Below are positions 60,908 to 64,000 of a stretch of 64,000 nucleotides of DNA, piece by piece. The stretch lies in contig JBBATZ010000015.1 of the NCBI GenBank assembly GCA_040398425.1, positions 957-64,956 of the forward strand, in the 5' to 3' direction. The notes under the pieces were generated by a model, which saw nothing but the letters and a program-made list of their open reading frames with translations, was not told the DNA's origin and did no database searches. This DNA is from Hyphomonadaceae bacterium (GTDB lineage: Bacteria > Pseudomonadota > Alphaproteobacteria > Caulobacterales > Hyphomonadaceae). Positions within the stretch are counted from its first letter, which is position 1, and every line of letters begins with the position of its first letter. Position numbers and translations under genes: made by a program.

Positions 60908-60931
60908 GCGTGACGGAGATAAAATACAGAA

Positions 60932-60963
60932 GGGCGGCTCCAACGAGCCGCCCTTTTTGTTTG
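60932..60963 (+). terminator. Rho-independent terminator of clpA
   Basis: GGGCGGCTC-caac-GAGCCGCCC followed by TTTTTGTTT. Confidence 0.85.
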
Positions 60964-61125
60964 AGCGCTGTCAGGGTGCGCTGTCCCACGTCAAAACCGT
61001 TCCTGAATTCCGACTTATGTCGGAATAAGTGGTTCATGTTGCACAATCTCGGCCTGACCTAGCTCAGGGCCGCATCTCACCCAGCTCACCCTCGGCGCAC
61101 CGCCGCAGGGATCGAGTCGTCGCGC

Positions 61126-61719
61126 CTAAGGCGCAGGCGTCGCGCCGTTCGGATCGACCGCCGCGCCAAGTTGCGTCGGCCAGATGATCGGGAAGGGCGG
61201 GCCTTTCAGATTTGAGTCATCGCAAGCTTGCCAGCGCAACTCCTGCACCACGAATTGCGTCCCGTCCCACTGATAGCGCCCCTCGGATCCGCAACCATCC
61301 TTGCCGCCCGTCTTGCGCAGCGTCGTCAGCACGCCAGTGCCCGCATCCAGTTCCGCCATCGGCGCAAGGTCGCTCGCATACCAGCCGCTCGCAGTATAGT
61401 CGGGCAGCGACAACAGCTTCGGCGCCGCCGATCCCTGTGCAACAAATATCCGGTGCGAGGAAAACGCGTTGCCTTGGCTGCACGCGATCATCACGATCGC
61501 ACTGTTCTCGAGCCCGACGACTTTCGATTCTGCCGTGGCATCCGCTGCGGCGCACCCGCCCATTGTATCGCTGATCTTCTGCGCGGCGGTGATCAGGGCG
61601 TCGTCACCCTTGAGCGCGCCGGTCGCAGCGTTCGGACCGGTCGCCGCTTCCGGGCCCCCGCAAGCCACAAGCAGGGCAGACGCCGCCGCCGCGACTGCGA
61701 TCATCCTAGCCAGCTGCAT
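61126..61719 (-). CDS. Lipoprotein, unknown function
   Basis: ATG 61719 after GGAGGA. MQLARMIAVAAAASALLVAC lipobox. Four further Cys residues. Confidence 0.65.
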   Translation of the reverse strand: MQLARMIAVAAAASALLVACGGPEAATGPNAATGALKGDDALITAAQKISDTMGGCAAADATAESKVVGLENSAIVMIACSQGNAFSSHRIFVAQGSAAPKLLSLPDYTASGWYASDLAPMAELDAGTGVLTTLRKTGGKDGCGSEGRYQWDGTQFVVQELRWQACDDSNLKGPPFPIIWPTQLGAAVDPNGATPAP

Positions 61720-61826
61720 CCGGGTTCCTCCGTCCATGTGGCGGGCAGTGATGACTAAACATTACCGCAAATCAATGGCTAACCGGAGATCAAAACGAGG
61801 TGTTGGCGCCGCGTCCCCCATGGATA

Positions 61827-62327
61827 TCACCAGAGATCGCTGCGCGTCCTGCCGCCAAACATCTCACCCAACCGCTCGCTGGTGCCACGCGAAACCCCTT
61901 CCGGCGGCTTCAGCGGATCGACAAATCGAATCTCGGCAATCTCGCCGCGACTCGTCGCCTGCCCCTGCGTCCAGCGCGCGATCCGGTAGACCAGCACGTG
62001 ATCATTCGGGAAAAAGGCGTGGTTCGCGTGGACCGAAACCAGCTCAATATCCTCGGCTTTGGCCTCGATTCCTGCTTCCTCCACCAATTCCCGCTGCATC
62101 GACAGCACGCAGGTCTCCAGCTTCTCGACCCCGCCCCCCGGAAAGTGCCACCCAGGCGTGTAAGTATGTCGAACCAGCAGGACCCGGCCTTCCACGTCCA
62201 CGACGATTCCCCGAACCCCCAGCGTGGCGGACCGCCGCAGGCGAAACCAGATCTGGAAGACACGGTCGCGAAAGGTAGGCTTTCTCACTTGGGCTTGGCC
62301 TTGTAGGAAGCAGGTATCGACAGGCAT
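61827..62327 (-). CDS. NUDIX hydrolase
   Basis: 166 aa. GGGVEKLETCVLSMQRELVEEAGI Nudix box. Confidence 0.85.
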   Translation of the reverse strand: MPVDTCFLQGQAQVRKPTFRDRVFQIWFRLRRSATLGVRGIVVDVEGRVLLVRHTYTPGWHFPGGGVEKLETCVLSMQRELVEEAGIEAKAEDIELVSVHANHAFFPNDHVLVYRIARWTQGQATSRGEIAEIRFVDPLKPPEGVSRGTSERLGEMFGGRTRSDLW

Positions 62328-62485
62328 AGTCCTGTCATTGCGTTGATCGGAAGGAACATTTCGTGGCGGCTGTCTGGGCTATATTTTCAGTATTCGTGGT
62401 TTTCGGCGCGCTCAACCTGCTGGAATATCGCCGTATCGACTAGTTGAACTGAGGGGGGGACTGTAATCAACAGGGGGAGGCGTGC

Positions 62486-63496
62486 ATGTCTGACATGCTT
62501 GTAGGGCCCATTGTCTTTCTGGTCGCGGGCTTCGCGATCCTGATCTATTCGGCAGACTGCCTCGTTCGCGGCGCGCTTTCGGCTGCCTACAAGGCAAACG
62601 TCTCCCCCCTTCTGGTCGGCATTGTCATTGTGGGTTTCGGCACGTCGCTGCCCGAATTCCTGATCTCCGCACAGGCGGCGACCACCGGCAGCGCCGGCCT
62701 CGCTCACGGCAACATCATCGGCTCGAACATCGCGAACATCCTTCTGGTGCTCGCGCTTCCGGCCCTGATCTTTCCGATCACCACCGACGCCCCCCGCATG
62801 CGCATCACGGCGTTCTTCATGCTGGCGTGCACGGCCGCGTGGATCGGCGTGTCGATGTATTTCGGCCTGACGCAGATCGTCGGCATCGCCTTCATCATCG
62901 CGCTTGTCGCCTATGCTTTCCTCGCCTGGTCGATCGACCGCGAGGACAAGAGCGAGGACACCAAGGAAGAGCTCAAGATGATGTCTACGCCCATGTGGCG
63001 CATGATCATGCTCATCCTGATCGGCATTGTCGGCCTGCCGCTCGGCTCCCGGCTGCTGGTCGATGGCGGCATCTCGCTCGGCCATGAACTCGGTGCCAGC
63101 GAGACAATCGTCGGCCTCACGCTTCTGGCTGTCGGCTCATCGATCCCCGAACTCGGCGCCAGCGTCGCCGCAGCGGTCCGCAAGCAGTCCGACGTCGCCA
63201 TGGGCAACATCATCGGTGCGAACATTTTCAACATTCTCGGGGCCGGCGGCGTGGTCTCGATACTCGCGCCACGCGATCACCTCAGCCCGGAATTTGCCGC
63301 CTTCAGCAACTGGGTCATGCTCGCCGCAGCCGTCGTGCTGGTGCTGGTTGTTTTCCTGAAGCGCAGGGTCGGCGTTGTCACCGCGCTGATCTTCCTCGCG
63401 CTGTATGGGCTGTATCTCTACGGCCTGTGGGACAACTGGTCGTTCCAGGGGTTGGGCGACCTGATCATCGTCCCGTCGGCCCACTCACCGACCTGA
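62486..63496 (+). CDS. Ca2+/Na+ antiporter (CaCA family, YrbG-like)
   Basis: 336 aa. Two alpha-repeats: GTSLPEF and GSSIPEL. Confidence 0.85.
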   Translation: MSDMLVGPIVFLVAGFAILIYSADCLVRGALSAAYKANVSPLLVGIVIVGFGTSLPEFLISAQAATTGSAGLAHGNIIGSNIANILLVLALPALIFPITTDAPRMRITAFFMLACTAAWIGVSMYFGLTQIVGIAFIIALVAYAFLAWSIDREDKSEDTKEELKMMSTPMWRMIMLILIGIVGLPLGSRLLVDGGISLGHELGASETIVGLTLLAVGSSIPELGASVAAAVRKQSDVAMGNIIGANIFNILGAGGVVSILAPRDHLSPEFAAFSNWVMLAAAVVLVLVVFLKRRVGVVTALIFLALYGLYLYGLWDNWSFQGLGDLIIVPSAHSPT

Positions 63497-63499
63497 CGC

Positions 63500-63988
63500 T
63501 CAATCGGTTGCGTTCTTCGGCGTGATGTAATCCTTGAGGCGAAGCGAGGATTGATCGTCCTTGCGCTCGAAGATGGCGCCGGCCGCCGTCGGGTATTTCG
63601 CCCGTAATGTCGACTCCACCGCGTTCATCCGCGGCGCCATCCGGCTTGCGAGTTCGTGCAGACCCGGATTGTGCGCGATCACCATCACCCGCTCGACCCC
63701 GACTTCCTCGGCAGCCTTGAACAGCAATTCGGCCTCACCCAGATAAAGCTCGTCGCGAAACTCGACCTTCGCGGCCGGAAAACTCGGCGCCACCAGCGCC
63801 CACGTTTCCCGCGTCCGTTTTGCGCTCGACACCAGCACCAGCTGCGGATCCGCCCCAGCCGCCGCCAACGCCTTGCCAACGACGGGTGCATCCTCGCGGC
63901 CACGCGCGGCGAGGGGGCGGTCGAAATCCTCTCCGGTGTCTGAGTTGGCCGCCGCCTTGGCGTGACGAAGAAGAACGAGCTGACGCAT
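63500..63988 (-). CDS. sixA: Histidine phosphatase family protein (SixA-like)
   Basis: 162 aa. MRQLVLLRHAKA (RHA/G catalytic motif) ... IAHNPG. Confidence 0.75.
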   Translation of the reverse strand: MRQLVLLRHAKAAANSDTGEDFDRPLAARGREDAPVVGKALAAAGADPQLVLVSSAKRTRETWALVAPSFPAAKVEFRDELYLGEAELLFKAAEEVGVERVMVIAHNPGLHELASRMAPRMNAVESTLRAKYPTAAGAIFERKDDQSSLRLKDYITPKNATD

Positions 63989-64000
63989 GTGACCCCGACC

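Noticed and set aside
61007-61026. Perfect hairpin ATTCCGAC-ttat-GTCGGAAT between clpA and the convergent lipoprotein gene, considered as a second terminator
   Set aside because: No U-tract directly follows it on either strand, and clpA already has a canonical terminator at 60932-60963. Function unclear.

Overview
High-GC alphaproteobacterial chromosome segment, densely packed with about 65 protein genes, most of them housekeeping. Marker genes are ALAS-type hemA, a ros/mucR regulator, mipZ, clpS-clpA, glyA-nrdR-ribD-ribE-ribBA-ribH-nusB-thiL, plsX-fabH and gltB-gltD. This content fits a Caulobacterales/Hyphomonadaceae-like lineage, but the taxon is inference. I recognised no rRNA, tRNA, CRISPR array, transposase, integrase or prophage block. 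Many long ORFs in the track are antisense shadows of real genes, as expected at this GC content, and were ignored. I cannot point to a clear-cut multi-gene novel system. The spots most worth a second look are: (1) an islet with atypical codon usage after the DAHP synthase gene (4883-6873), carrying a stand-alone HNH nuclease, two lipoproteins and a DUF2185/Imm33-like protein; (2) a 635-nt gene-free gap after fabH whose centre carries, in the right order, degenerate versions of the cobalamin-riboswitch core motifs (46524-46676); (3) a 200-nt nested-hairpin element lying in a reading frame that never stops between a small membrane-protein gene and an M20 hydrolase gene (1102-1803), with twin inverted hairpins showing compensatory changes next to it (1963-2061); (4) an ArsR-headed four-gene operon ending in a Cys-less redoxin::2OG-oxygenase fusion, with a tandem palindromic operator; (5) signs of gene decay or unusual gene architecture: an amber codon inside a signal peptide, a 5'-truncated DJ-1 gene, a frameshifted two-domain gene, a ribD lacking its deaminase domain, and a 209-nt structured spacer inside the rib operon. 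All family names are from motif recognition by eye and need HMM confirmation.
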